Shown: positions 12,520 to 24,005 of the stretch, piece after piece
Layout: every line of letters starts with the position of its first letter
How positions within the stretch are numbered: position 1 is the stretch's first letter
Assembly (NCBI GenBank): GCA_028534125.1
Contig: CM052817.1
Coordinates: forward strand, 7,690,001-7,754,000
Reading direction: 5' to 3'
Origin: Lama glama
Lineage: Eukaryota
Length of the DNA stretch: 64,000 bases
Program-made: the position numbers and the translations under genes
The notes under the pieces: model-generated
Databases searched by the model: none
What the model was told of the DNA's origin: nothing
What the model saw: only the letters and a program-made list of their open reading frames with translations

Positions 12520-12880
12520 TGACATTCTTCTGGGTTCTAGCCTCAACTCTCCTTTCTTCTCACCTTCCGAACATGCCCTCAGTAAATGCACCCACTCCTA
12601 TGCCTCAACTCTCATCTAAGCATGAATGGTACCCGAACTTCATTCCCTCTTTGAGCATCACATGACAAAAAACACCTCACATGGGTCTCAAACTCAGTAA
12701 GCGCAAAACTGAAATGACTGCCTTGCTCACAAAAAAAGACTTCCTCCTTTTGTGTGTTGTTGTGCTCTTTCTGTGCTTCCCAGCTTCACAAGTGGTCCTT
12801 CAATGTCCCCAGTGGCACAGCGAGAACACCCGAAGTCTCCCCTGACCTGGGTCATCTACCCACAGCATTCCAGCAAGTGA
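12520..12880 (+). mobile_element. L2 LINE relic (ORF2 region)
   Basis: gggttctagcctcaactctcctttcttctc...cacccactcctatgcctcaact...tctcaaactcagtaagcgcaaaactgaa. Confidence 0.55.
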
Positions 12881-14544
12881 AGGCGGCCAAGCAGAATTCG
12901 GAGCTGAGATTCTTGGTTCCAAACCAAATGGCTTTTCTTCGTATATTTATTTGTGTATATTTATCCTTGTGTGTTTCCTCGGGTAAATATATGCAAATAC
13001 AACTTCTCAGAGAACATTTATTTTTATGTGTTGAGATTCATTTCGGTGACAGATACAATGTATATTTTCATTCAGTTCCATTTCAGCTCATCTTCACGTA
13101 GAGCTTTGATGCATAGGACAATTGGTTGTGAAGTCTATTTCTGTCAAGGAGAGGTGAGGCAACAAGGCAAAGTTCACAGCTGAGGCCAGGCACACTTTGC
13201 GAACAGTTAGCTTAAACAAGGAGAACTTTGACACTTGCAATAAGGGGGACCCTTTTCATGAATCGCTGCTTTATTGAAACCTTGCCCAGCAGATGCAGTT
13301 TAAGTGGAAAGGGAATTTCTGCCGCTGTTTATAGGACTTGAGGGGTCAGGTGTCACCCAGGGCCTTCTTAAAATGGACTGGAAGAGCCTGCCTCTTCTAT
13401 GTCAGCCTCCATATTTTCACTTAGGAATGAAATGATTCTGTTAAGGAAGGCATGGTGCCTTTCACAGCCTGCAGGGCCAAGGGGTTGCCATGGATGTGCA
13501 CTTCAGAGTTTCCACAGCATTTCTAAATATTTGCAGAGAACCACTTCCTACTTCGAGGATGACAAAAGTCTACCTCGGAGAGTGAACATTTCAGTGCTGG
13601 ACAATTATTTCAGAAGGGTTGCACGTTGTTGAAATCCAAACTCAAATATGCTACCACAATATTTGGGGCTTGGCAAGCTTGCCCGATCTAGGAAGGTTAA
13701 AATGAAGGCTGAATACTCCGTCCGTAGAGCTCTCGGCAAGGTTGAGACAGCACAGTGGGGCTGTTACATAGGAGGCCGTTCTCTGGGAGCAAGTGGTGAA
13801 AATTGGGCATGAAATCCTCTATTCAGGAGAATACAACCTGGTTTTATCCTCAGATGTGCATGATTAGGTGAGTGCATTCAGATAGAGTAACATTTCCTCC
13901 CCAGTCCAGCCTCTTAACCTTCAGCCGCCTCTCAAATGATTTCATTATTCAGATTTATAAAATTTAAGTTATTTGCCTCGTTTTGCTGCCAAAAGTTTGC
14001 AAACCGTTGCTAGGATCTGCTAGATATTCCGAGAACGAATTGTCCAGTGTCTCGTTTTTGCATGAAATATCAAATATATTCACTCCACAGAAAGGAAATA
14101 GTAGCCACCGTTTATTAAATGCTTTCTCTGTCATATTCTATGGACTTCTTTGCAGATCTTATTTCTTTTCATTTTCATGACTCTTGTGAAGCAGGATTTT
14201 TAAAAAATAAACATTATAGTCTGCTATAGTCCAGAAAAGATTCAAGATTAAAAACAAATTTACTCTCTGAAGGAGTAATTTAAAACTCAGAGTAGTTAGA
14301 TAACTTTCTCAAGGGCATACCGCTAAGCAGTAGCAGAGCTGACGGTTTTACTCCAATGGATGCCACTCCAAAGGTCGTGCTATTTCCGCCGCAGCATCAA
14401 CAGGAAGTACCATCATCAGGAAAGTGACCAGTGGCGACAGCAGAACTGAGGGTGGTGGAGCAGGATCTGAACAGAGCAGAAGTGAGAAGCAGCTGCCACA
14501 TGGGAAATGCAGAACCAGGAATGAGAAAAACCTGCTTTCCACGT

Positions 14545-14737
14545 TTTTACACCACAGCGGGAGCACTGCCGGTATTTTGGGTGGGATAGTTCATCATGGC
14601 AGGTCTCCATATTGCCTTACACTCTCCCCAGACACTTAATGCCAGTGGCATCCCCTGCCTTTGATACAACAAAACACCCTGTATTTTCCCACAGGTGCCC
14701 TCAGGGGGCAGCACTGCCCGAAGCTGAGAACACTGCT
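14545..14737. mobile_element. MER20-family hAT-Charlie relic
   Basis: ggtattttgggtgggatagttcatc...tgccctcagggggcagcactgcccgaagctgagaacactg end matches the MER20 TIR region. Confidence 0.6.
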
Positions 14738-15744
14738 TAGAGAAAAGGGAAATATAATCCTAATGATTACAGATATTATTACCCTCACTTTACAGATGAG
14801 ACAACTCTAAGTTCAAGTTCATACCTTTGGAAACTATCAGCGAATGATGCTAAATGCTTTCCTCTTAACCCAGTGGTACCACTTTCTGAATCAGTTTGAT
14901 GTGTCTCTTCTTGACCAGACGATAATCTCTTTTACCTAAAGTGTTATTTTGTAGATACACACATGAAGCATTTGCTTGTGAATCTTCTACATTCTCCAGA
15001 GCATTCTTCTCATGATAGGTACTCAAATAGCCTGCCTAAGTTAATTTTCTATTAACTTAGGATTCTAATAAAAGCAAAGTGACCTTTGGTCCATTTCTGT
15101 TTGGGCATCTGAACAGGAAAGGCTTCATGAAGTTCATGGTGATCTGGTGAATATTAATTTTATATTCAATATTAGTTTAAGATTTAATTTAATATTTAAT
15201 TTGAGAGGGGATGATAGATTGGAAGGAGCATTGTGATGGCGAACAAAGCAAAGTCTTTGACATTGGAAAGCACTCAAGAAGTGACTGCACTTAGCTGGAC
15301 CACAGTTGTTTCCAAGTAGGGGAGAACCTTAGGGTTTCTGAAGAGCCCTTGGGTTACACCGAGCAACTGTGGATCCCTATCTCCGATCAGCTTGGCCCTG
15401 CCTTTGTCCAGTTGTGCCCTTGTACCTGCCCTTGTGAATGACCATGTCCCAACTCCAAAGCCTCCACTATAGCATGTTTCTCATGAGCACCCAAGAAAGC
15501 ATGAGCTCCCAGTGAACAGCACAAAGACACTAGATCAAAATTTAGAGTCCAAAATGTGAGCTAGATTTTATTAAGGCAGGGAAGGGAATGCCCATGCCTC
15601 CTTCAATACATTTAGTACAAACTACAAACCGTATTACCTGTCATCTGACTTTAACTCAGTCCTTAATTATTACCCAGACTCTGATCCCAGACTCTTCCAT
15701 GCGTCCCCTCTCTGACAAAGTCCTTCGTTGTTTTCCTTCTGAGT

Positions 15745-16261
15745 GGCTGGCAGATATTTGCCCACCACCATCATCCTAAACACATGCTTTGCTCTCTCTG
15801 CCCTACTTTTTGCCTGAGAATGAAGCTCCTATGTATGGCAGCTCCCAGGCTCCCCTGTCCTCTGACTTTCTGTTGAGTACAGCCATTGTGGGGTGGGGGA
15901 TCAAGCAGTAAGTCAGAGGCTGAGTAGAGAGAGAGGTGGGAGAATTTATGCCCTCCTGCCGCCGCCCTGACTTGCTGATGTGGTTCTGGCAGTGGCTCTA
16001 CTCCTCTTCCTGGACTACAGTTCCCAAAGGCACTTTTCCCTCCACCATCTGGCTCTTTTAACACTTCCTCCTCCCTTGGCTCCTTCAAACCAAGAGATAA
16101 TAATGGTTTCCCGCCATTCCTAGTCTCTGGGTGCCTTAACTTCACTTGTTGGTTCCCTTAACCCTGCCTACACCTTGATAAATGGTTCCTCTTTGTTTAA
16201 GTCTCCAAAATTCAACCATCTGAGAAAAATTCACTTTTCCATAAGGACTCTGACCAATATG
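15745..16261 (+). mobile_element. ERVL solo LTR (LTR33-like)
   Basis: ggctcccctgtcctctgactttctgttgag...aatggtttcccgccattcctagtctctgggtgcc...cttgttggttcccttaaccctgcctacacctt matches remembered LTR33. Confidence 0.75.
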
Positions 16262-16539
16262 TCCTCCCTCCTTTGCCATCTGTCATGACTTGGAGCTTCC
16301 CGTCTGTAATCAGCAAGCTCCCAGCATCACAGGAGGCTCATGCCATCTTGCCTAGAAACCTAGCCGACTCTTTTCAAGTCCCTTTTTCCTACAGCTTTTT
16401 CAAGTGGAGGATCTTTCATGTCACACCTCATGTGGCTTAGAAGCGGGACTAACAGTCATCACAGCCCCCAAGCCATTCTCCATCCACGTACACACTGAAA
16501 CGAAGGAACCTTTATAGCTTAAAAGGTCATGCCATCTGG

Positions 16540-17040
16540 TTTTATCTCCATCTTTACCAATTTGTTGCTGTCATCTGCTGACCTCTATAAATTACACCTT
16601 CTCATTCATTTAATTCTTTAGCTGTTAATTCAGTCTTCTTCCACAGATTTACTCTCATCTTTATTTTAAGTGACATCAACATTCATTGACTGACCAAGCA
16701 AACATTCGTTGGACACCTATTGACACTCATATTCTGGTTACTAGGAATGCAGAAACTCCTTCTTTTATATACTAATATGATTACAGAAGAGGGAGTAGAT
16801 GTAGATTAATTATTCAATCTTTAGCCCAACTAGTGTCACGGATGACTATGTGAATGGGGCCCCTAAAACTGTGTAAAACAGTGGCCCTATAAACCTCTCC
16901 ATCCATCACTTTCCTAACCTCCAGTGAATTTACTTCCCATTTGACTTTACCTAGTACATTTTCATCATCAGAACCCGCACTGCCATCAAAATCTCAAATT
17001 AAAAAATAAAATTCTCTGATCTCCATCTTCCATTCTGGGG
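16540..17040 (+). mobile_element. L2 relic, endonuclease-coding region, interrupted
   Basis: agtgacatcaacattcat (degenerate GDFNIH motif) and ctctgatctccatctt (degenerate SDHHL motif). Confidence 0.45.
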
Positions 17041-17149
17041 GTGACTTGCTCTAGTGACCCTTCTACAAATTGTTGAGTTTGATCTCACTGTTTTCTCACG
17101 ACCCCTTAGCTTTTTCCTGTCTTCAGGGCCAGTGGAAGAGCCACACCTG

Positions 17150-17400
17150 AGACTCCACATTATATACGAGACTATCAAGGGGTCTAAATGGTCTCAGGTC
17201 GCTGAGACTGATGACACAGCTTCTCCCCTTTGTCCACCAGCACAGGGGTGATAGTGCTTCGCATGTTGTTAGTTTATAGGACACCCCTGTTCAGTGCTTG
17301 GCAACTCCATCCCCTATGTCACCAAAGCCTTGCAATATTCTTTCTCCATTTAAATTCTTGAAGTTGTTTTTGCATTCTTCTTTCGACCTTGACTAAAACA
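17150..17400 (+). mobile_element. ERVL LTR fragment (LTR33-related)
   Basis: cccctttgtccaccagcacaggggtgatagtgcttcgcatgttgttagt...ccttgactaaaaca end. Confidence 0.45.
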
Positions 17401-18180
17401 CAAAAGGCTAATAAGATTGAAAAGATGTCCAACTTCAATAGTGTTAGGAAGAAGTGAAAATTTAAACAATATACCAACCAACCAAAATAATAAAGAGAAA
17501 TTAGTTGACATGGCTATAGAATTAAGAAACTGTACACAATTCTGCTGGGAATGTAAATTGAGAAAACAAATAGAAATTAAAAATAATTTAGCATTATCTT
17601 ACATTTATGGACATTTGCATACTCATCCTAATAATTAGAGAAACTTGCCCTGGAGCAAAAAATGTTTGTCTAAAAATTGACATATTAAAAAAAAGTAATA
17701 GCAAAAAAAAAAGAAAAAAGAAAGAAAAGAAAAGATCTAATCCTAAATGGCCATTAATAATAGTATGGATGATAAATTATATTTTTTTATTTTTTCTAAG
17801 TGGAATATTACATAGCAGAGAAAATTACTGAAATACAACTTCCCATGGATTAATCTTGGAAATACTGAGTTAAATCTTTAATTAAAAAGTCAAAGAGGAA
17901 TATATAGAAGGTTTATATAAGGTTTAAAAGCAGAAAAATTAAACAATGTATTATTTATGATATATATTTAAGATTATTTTTAAGAAAAAGTATAAATACA
18001 GTGATTAATATAGACCTGAGTTAGGACAGTGACCCACAGATAAATGCAATGGCATTGCTAATGCACTAGATCTTGAGTTGCATGGTGGATTAATGGGTAT
18101 TCATTTAATTATTATGTTTCATAATTATACACACACATATACACATATGTAGAGCTCACATAATTCTCATATATATCAGA
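17401..18180 (+). mobile_element. Ancient L1M(E)-type 3' fragment
   Basis: ggctaataag...aaaagatgtccaacttcaatag; tgctgggaatgtaaattg; cctaaatggccattaataatagtatggatgataaattat; A-rich 3' UTR. Confidence 0.65.
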
Positions 18181-18257
18181 TCTTTTCCCTTATTTTTATA
18201 CTGCCAGTTCTCAGACTGGCAATCAGAAGAATTGGCTCTCTAAAGTTGGTCTTTTCT

Positions 18258-18847
18258 CTAAAGAAGACATCCAGATGACAAAGCAGAGATAAGATGCTTA
18301 ATATTGCTAATTGTTAGAGAAATGCAAATCAAAATTACATTGAGATATCACCTCACACCATCATTAAAAAGTCCACAAATGATAAATGCTAGAGAGGGTG
18401 TGGAGAAAAAGGAACCCTCCTACACTGTTGGTGGGAATGTAAATTGATGCCGCCACTATCAAGGACAATAAGGAGATCCCTCAAAAAACTAAAACTAGAG
18501 TTACCATATGATCCAGCAATCCCATTCCTGGGCATATATTCACAGGAAAATATAATTTGAAAGGACACATGTACCCCAATGTTCACAGCAGCACTATTTA
18601 CAATAGCTAAGATGTGGAAACAACCCAAATATCCATTGACAGGTGACTGGATAAAGAAGATGTGGTACATACACACAATGGAATACCATTCATCCATAAA
18701 AAAGAATAAAGTAATGCCATTTGCAGCACCATGGATGGACCTAGATTGTCATTCTAAGTGAAGTAAGTCAGAAAGAGAAAGAAAAATACCATATGATATT
18801 GCTTATATGTGGAATCTTAAAAAAGAGGACATAAATGGACTTACCTG
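18258..18847 (+). mobile_element. L1 fragment (ORF2 C-terminus + partial 3' UTR), truncated at both ends
   Basis: Encodes [36 protein letters not shown], the L1 ORF2 C-terminal motif; flanked by aagttggtcttttct / aagtagatcttttct. Confidence 0.95.
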
Positions 18848-18964
18848 AAGTAGATCTTTTCTATCCCAGGTAGCTCATTATCCTATGAAACTTAAATATT
18901 CTAAAGATGCATTCTTTTTGATCATCCATTATCATTAGCTCATTTTTCAAATTCCATGCCACTG

Positions 18965-19165
18965 AATGTGAAAGACTGTTATTTCCTAGTAGTTAGTACT
19001 TAACTGCTCTATGCCTCAGTTTCCTCATCTGAAAACTGAGGAGCTGACATTGTACATCTCAGGGGGGCTTTTGAGAGGATGAAATGAGGTAAATTTAAGA
19101 AAAGCATTTACCTGGCATAGAGAAACATTGAAAATATGGTAGCTCTTACTATACTATCAATATAA
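18965..19165 (+). mobile_element. MIR SINE relic
   Basis: acttaactgctctatgcctcagtttcctcatctgaaaa core. Confidence 0.8.
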
Positions 19166-19539
19166 ATAATGATGTTCTTATACAAAAACTAACTCAGAAA
19201 GCACAGTATGGAGATTGTTATGTACACTGTGGAAATGGCAGAGCTTCTTCTGAGAGGGCCCCATCATATGAGAAGGAGCACTGGCTTACAAGGTCATGGG
19301 GCTGACGTCTCAGATAAGCTACCCAAAAGGCATCAGCAAAACTTTTCATTGCATGATCATGATCTTTGACAAAGAATGTCCAAAATGTAAGCAAAGAAGC
19401 CAGAAGGAAACAGTTTTGTGGTCATAATTAAAGCTTAAACAGAAACGAATTATATATCACTAATGAGGTTCCATCTCTACTTCCAAAAACCTGGACATTA
19501 GCTTTGCCTCACTGTATCTTCACTTTCTCCAAGTCTGTA

Positions 19540-19760
19540 TAACAGTTTAAAAGACTGGGCTGTACCATCAAACTGCCAGAGTGTGTCATGGATCCACTGC
19601 CAACCAATTGCATGACTTGACTAAGTCTCAGTTTTCTTTCTTAAAAAATAAGTATAGTGGCACAAAGAGCCGCTGAGATCACATCATGTGATGTTTATAG
19701 AAGGCTTCGCCCAATAGCAGACATTTAAAAAGCTCAGCACATGTTTTGGCTATCACCATT
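19540..19760 (+). mobile_element. MIR SINE relic
   Basis: gactgggctgtaccatcaaactgcc...gtctcagttttctttcttaaaaaa...agctcagcacatgttttggctatc. Confidence 0.5.
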
Positions 19761-20339
19761 GTTGACATCCATCATGGCGACTAATTGAAATCTGGGGGCT
19801 GCTTCTCATTTGCCTTTATAACTCTAGGTCCCAACACATCTAACAGTCTAAACACATAGTGCATTTGTTGATGCGCATTCTTGTTGATCACAGAGAACCC
19901 GGTAAAGTCTTCAATGCTCATGTAAAACTTATTCAGAAAACCCTTTGGAGTTGTATGCTCTTAGTAAAACATGGCTTCCTTGGTAGTGAGAGGGGAAAAG
20001 TCTGTATTTTAAAAGGTTTCATGGACTGCCAAGAACTGTTATAAAACAATATTTTGATGAGTTATACAGTAAATGGATCAGAAACATATGAGCTTAATTT
20101 CCCTGAAAATACATGTGGGTTTAAAAATGAAAGGAAAAGGATCTTGGCACCCTTTGCTATGCCAAACCCAAAATGTTAGAAAAATATTTTAAGGTATTAA
20201 GATGCACAAATCCTAAACGCAGCTCAATTTGCTCATCCTCCAATGGCCTGCTCCTAGTGTACCTGTTGAGTCTGATCTGCCATAGTCATAATGAGGAAAA
20301 CCTAAAATTAAAAAAAATAAATAAATAAAGCATATTGGC

Positions 20340-20500
20340 AAAGGACAGAGAGCCGGAAGTTCCCAGTCTAAGCCTGACTCTGCCACTGGCTAGCTGTGAG
20401 ACTCTAGATTAATCACTTAGCCTTCCCAGAACCTGGCTCAGGAAAGCAGTCCGTGATCTGTAGACCTCACAGAGTTGTTGGGAGCTGTTAGAATGGAGCT
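20340..20500 (+). mobile_element. MIR SINE relic
   Basis: cctgactctgccactggctagctgtgagactctagattaatcacttagccttc. Confidence 0.65.
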
Positions 20501-21008
20501 CAGGAAACAGTGTTAAACCCAGAATGATAGGGATCAGACCAAAAAGGGAGATGGTGCCCTTGGAATGGGACAAGTGTCCAGATGAGCCCAGATTCACGTG
20601 TCCAAGTGAAACAGACATGCACAAGATGAGCACATGGCCAGCTGCAGAGAAATCTTTAGCAAAGTGTAAGCAAGGATCCCATGGTGCATTATCTGAACTA
20701 CCCTTGCTTGCCAGGATCCTTAGTTCCCTTAAATCTCCTGCCATCTACCACACCTGCAGACTAAAACCCCACCATCCAGGTGGGTGGACAGCCGAGATGG
20801 ATGGTTTCCAACCTCAGCTGGACCCTCAGGGATCCTTTCCCACTCTTCTGTTTCCCTGCTCTTTTCCATTATGGTAGCTCCAAACTCATCAATGAATTCA
20901 TGCCCTTCTACTAAAACCATCACTCTTGTTTACAGGAAATCAGGGAGCGACAGGCATTGGCAACAAACATTACTCGCATCCCTAGGCCTATTTTTGTCTA
21001 TACTCACC

Positions 21009-21519
21009 TGTGTTAGTTAACTATTGTGTGCAACAGATTACCCCAAAACTTAACTTAAAACAACTTGTATTGCATCACCGACTTTCAGAGGGTTAGGGAT
21101 TCACGAGCGTCGTAGCTGGTGGTATTAGCTCAGCATCTACACAGTGATGCAGCCTCGCTGTCATCCGGTACTAAAGTCAGGTGCGGCCTGTGGGGGACGG
21201 GGAGGATCCCTTCCAAGCTCTCTCGTGTGGCAGTTGGCAAGTCTCAGTTCCTTGGCCAGAAGCCTCCGTTCTTCACTGCACAGGACTCTCCAAAGGTTTC
21301 CCAAGTGTTTCCAAGACATGGCAGCTGGTTTCCTCAAAACAAGTGACCAGACAGCGAGCGAGCCCATCTAAGACAGAAGCTCTTCTACAAACGAGCCGTG
21401 GAGGTAGCAGACTCTCACTTCTTCCGCATGCCACACAGCTCAGCCTTGGCGCAGCGCGGACAGAGACAACACTAGGGTGACATATCAGGAGGTGAGGCTC
21501 ATTGGGTGTGGCTTCCACA
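21009..21519 (-). mobile_element. MaLR solo LTR (MLT1F-like)
   Basis: tgtgttagttaactattg...caacagattaccccaaaactta...cttccaagctctctcgtgtggcagttggc...gacatggcagctggtttcctc...ggcttccaca. Confidence 0.8.
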
Positions 21520-21734
21520 CCATCTGCACTCTCATTTGGATGTGCACTCCGGGCTCCCTGCTCACTGAGATCTTGGCTCCATCACTTCATGCCTCCCCTG
21601 GGCTCTTGTTCTCTCAGTCATCCCCTACCCTTTTGACAGTATCCTCTCTCAAGTTTATTCTCCACCCTCAGCCTTCGAACACACTTGTACTTGATCAGCC
21701 ACAGGAGGATCTCGGGAGGCTACCGCACCCAGGT

Positions 21735-22105
21735 ATTGTGGCAATTTGTATCCTGTCAATTTAACTGAGCAGCAACTCTGTTTCCATGAATCTCCTTACC
21801 TGTAAGGGTTTGGGTATTCTGAGCTAGATTAGAAGCAGCAGCCGTATTATTTTTATGCTCGAGTGGACTGGGCAAGGCAGCAGGTGCGCGGGAGTCACCT
21901 ATATTGTCACTGATGTCTCATTGTTCCTGTGTTGAGTGCTGGGACTGAATTGAGCAGTCCTAGCTTTCCAAACACAGAAACAATGGCAGGCATCAAGTAC
22001 TTTGACCAACTTACAGAATTCCATAGGGTTAAATCCCTCTGCTAAAGCTCATATTCTGTATCTTTCCTAGTGGTTCTGTTTCTCTAATCAAATAATGGCT
22101 GATTA
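21735..22105 (+). mobile_element. ERVL-class solo LTR (subfamily uncertain)
   Basis: tgtggcaatttgtatcctgtcaatttaactgag start and cctagtggttctgtttctct...ctgatta end are typical of MLT2/ERVL-type LTRs. Confidence 0.55.
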
Positions 22106-22221
22106 AAAAAAAATGAATCCTGCAATTGGTAGATGAAGAACCAGGGAATTGTCTGATGACTTCCTGACATTGAAGCAGACCGAGGTCTCCTAGTAGAAGT
22201 AGAAAACTATCTTCTAATAAC

Positions 22222-22480
22222 TGGACAGCATGGAGAAGAGTGAAGACCATGGGTTCTGAAGTCGGAAAGTCACTGATTTATGTCCCAAATCTGCAACTCG
22301 CTGGGAGTTTGACCTTGAGCGATGCAACCTCTTGAAGGGCTGGCTTTCTTCGGTATGACAAAACTAACTGTAACAAACCTCACATGGCTTTTGCGAGGTT
22401 TGCAAGCAATATATGTAAAAATCCAAGCACATATTTAGCAAAGAGTAGATGTTCCAATAAATAATGGCTGCTACAGCTTC
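22222..22480 (+). mobile_element. MIR SINE relic
   Basis: gacagcatggagaagagtgaagaccatgggttctgaagtc...gaccttgagc...ccaataaataatggctgct. Confidence 0.6.
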
Positions 22481-22837
22481 CATTAAGTTTTCATTGTACC
22501 AACAAACAATAAATAAAAATATATTTTTAATATTGTAATAGAAGGAGTCACACTTCAAATGCAGGAAACCAACAATGGATTGTATTAGATGATAAAAGCA
22601 GAAAGTAGCCTAATATTTGGCAGTGTAAGGCAAAAATTTTCTCCCCTCAACCTCTGCCACCCACCCCCACCATCGCCATTTCAGTGTGGAAGTTTAACAA
22701 GTAAATTGCATCTCTTCCACTGACACTTAATTGCCTTAAAATTCTAAAATATCTTTTAAATCAATTAATAAGCAGACAAATGTCTTAGCACAGAAATGAG
22801 CAAAGAACATAAATGTGAAATTTTCAAAAGAGTAAAT

Positions 22838-24005
22838 ATTCATGCTAGAATCACATATTAAAATATATTCATCTGGGAAGGAAAAATACAAGATGAGCCT
22901 GGAGCACCATGCAGTGCTATAAAGTAAGGAAATGATCAAAAAAGTAAAAAGAAAAAAAGAAGAGAAGGAAGGAAGGAAAGAAGGGAGGCAGGGAGGGAGG
23001 GAAGGAGGAAGAAAGAGAGAGAGAGCAAGAAAGAAAGGAAGAAAGAAAGAGAGAGAGGGAGGGAGGGAGGGTAGAGAGAGGAAGGAAGGAAGGAAGGAAG
23101 GAAGGAAGGAAGGAAGGAAGGAAGGAAACTAACATCAAACAAGCTACAACGATGAGGTATGTCAAAGTGACACATGAGACAACCAAAGGAGCTCCTAATG
23201 GCCAAAACTGGAACAATCTGAGAAACAAAATAAAGTAGTATCAGATTATAACCCATGAGGTCATACTGATATAAATGGGTGAGTGGATAATGAATGAATT
23301 AATTAATTAATTAACAAATAAAAAACAGAGAAATCTTCCATGCAGAAGAATTCCAAATAATTTATGTAGATAATGGTCCTCGAGGAGGTGAAGGATAACT
23401 TCTTACTCCTTAAGGGTAGGCTACGCATGGTGACTTCTTTTGAATGAGTACACTATGCGAGGGGAGACTGTAGGAGGAATCCTACAATCACTGCTTCAGT
23501 CAGGTAATCCAGGGCAACGTCAGCATTTACAAGCCGTGCTGATAGCAGGTACTGTGGATGTAAGTGATGAAAATGGCACTCCACCCCTGTTAGCTCCCAC
23601 ACAGCCCTCGTATGGTCAGGGAAGGATCATCACTCAAACCTCAGCAAAGAGAGATTCTACAAACACCTGAACAGGACCCCTCAAAACTGCCAAGGTCATC
23701 AGGAGCAGAGAAAACGCAGGCGACTCACAGCCAAGGAAAGGCTATGGAGACACCACTGCTAAGTGTGATGTGTCATCCCAGATAGGATCCTGGAAAGAGA
23801 AAGGGCATTAGCTAGAAACTACGAAAACCTGGATGAAGCATGGACTTCAGTGATACGAATGTACTCACGGCATTCACTAATTTTAACAAATGAGCCACAC
23901 TAATGCCATATTTTAACTTTAGGGAAAAGGGGTGTGTGAGAACTCTCTATTATCTTTGCAATTTTTCTGTAAATTTAAAACTGTCCTAAAATTTTAAAAG
24001 TATGT
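22838..24005 (+). mobile_element. L1MC/L1MD-class 3' UTR fragment
   Basis: gagctcctaatggccaaaactggaacaat; tgcagaagaattccaaataatttatgtagata; cctcaaaactgccaaggtcatc; tatctttgcaatttttctgtaaatttaaaactg. Confidence 0.85.
22946..23128. repeat. Polypurine compound microsatellite ending in (GGAA)12
   Basis: GGAA/GGGA/GAAA/GA units; 12 perfect GGAA at 23080-23127. Confidence 0.95.

Noticed and set aside
18389..18761. ORFs 18389-18697(-) and 18579-18761(+), and likewise 30587-31294
   Set aside because: These are L1 ORF2 C-terminal remnants and their antisense frames, fragmented by stops and frameshifts; not host genes.
20520..20880. Possible LTR or 117-aa ORF
   Set aside because: Could not be matched to any family or protein I recognise; left unannotated.
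22917..23256. Low-complexity ORFs (SFLP/KEGR repeats)
   Set aside because: Translations of the (GGAA)n microsatellite.
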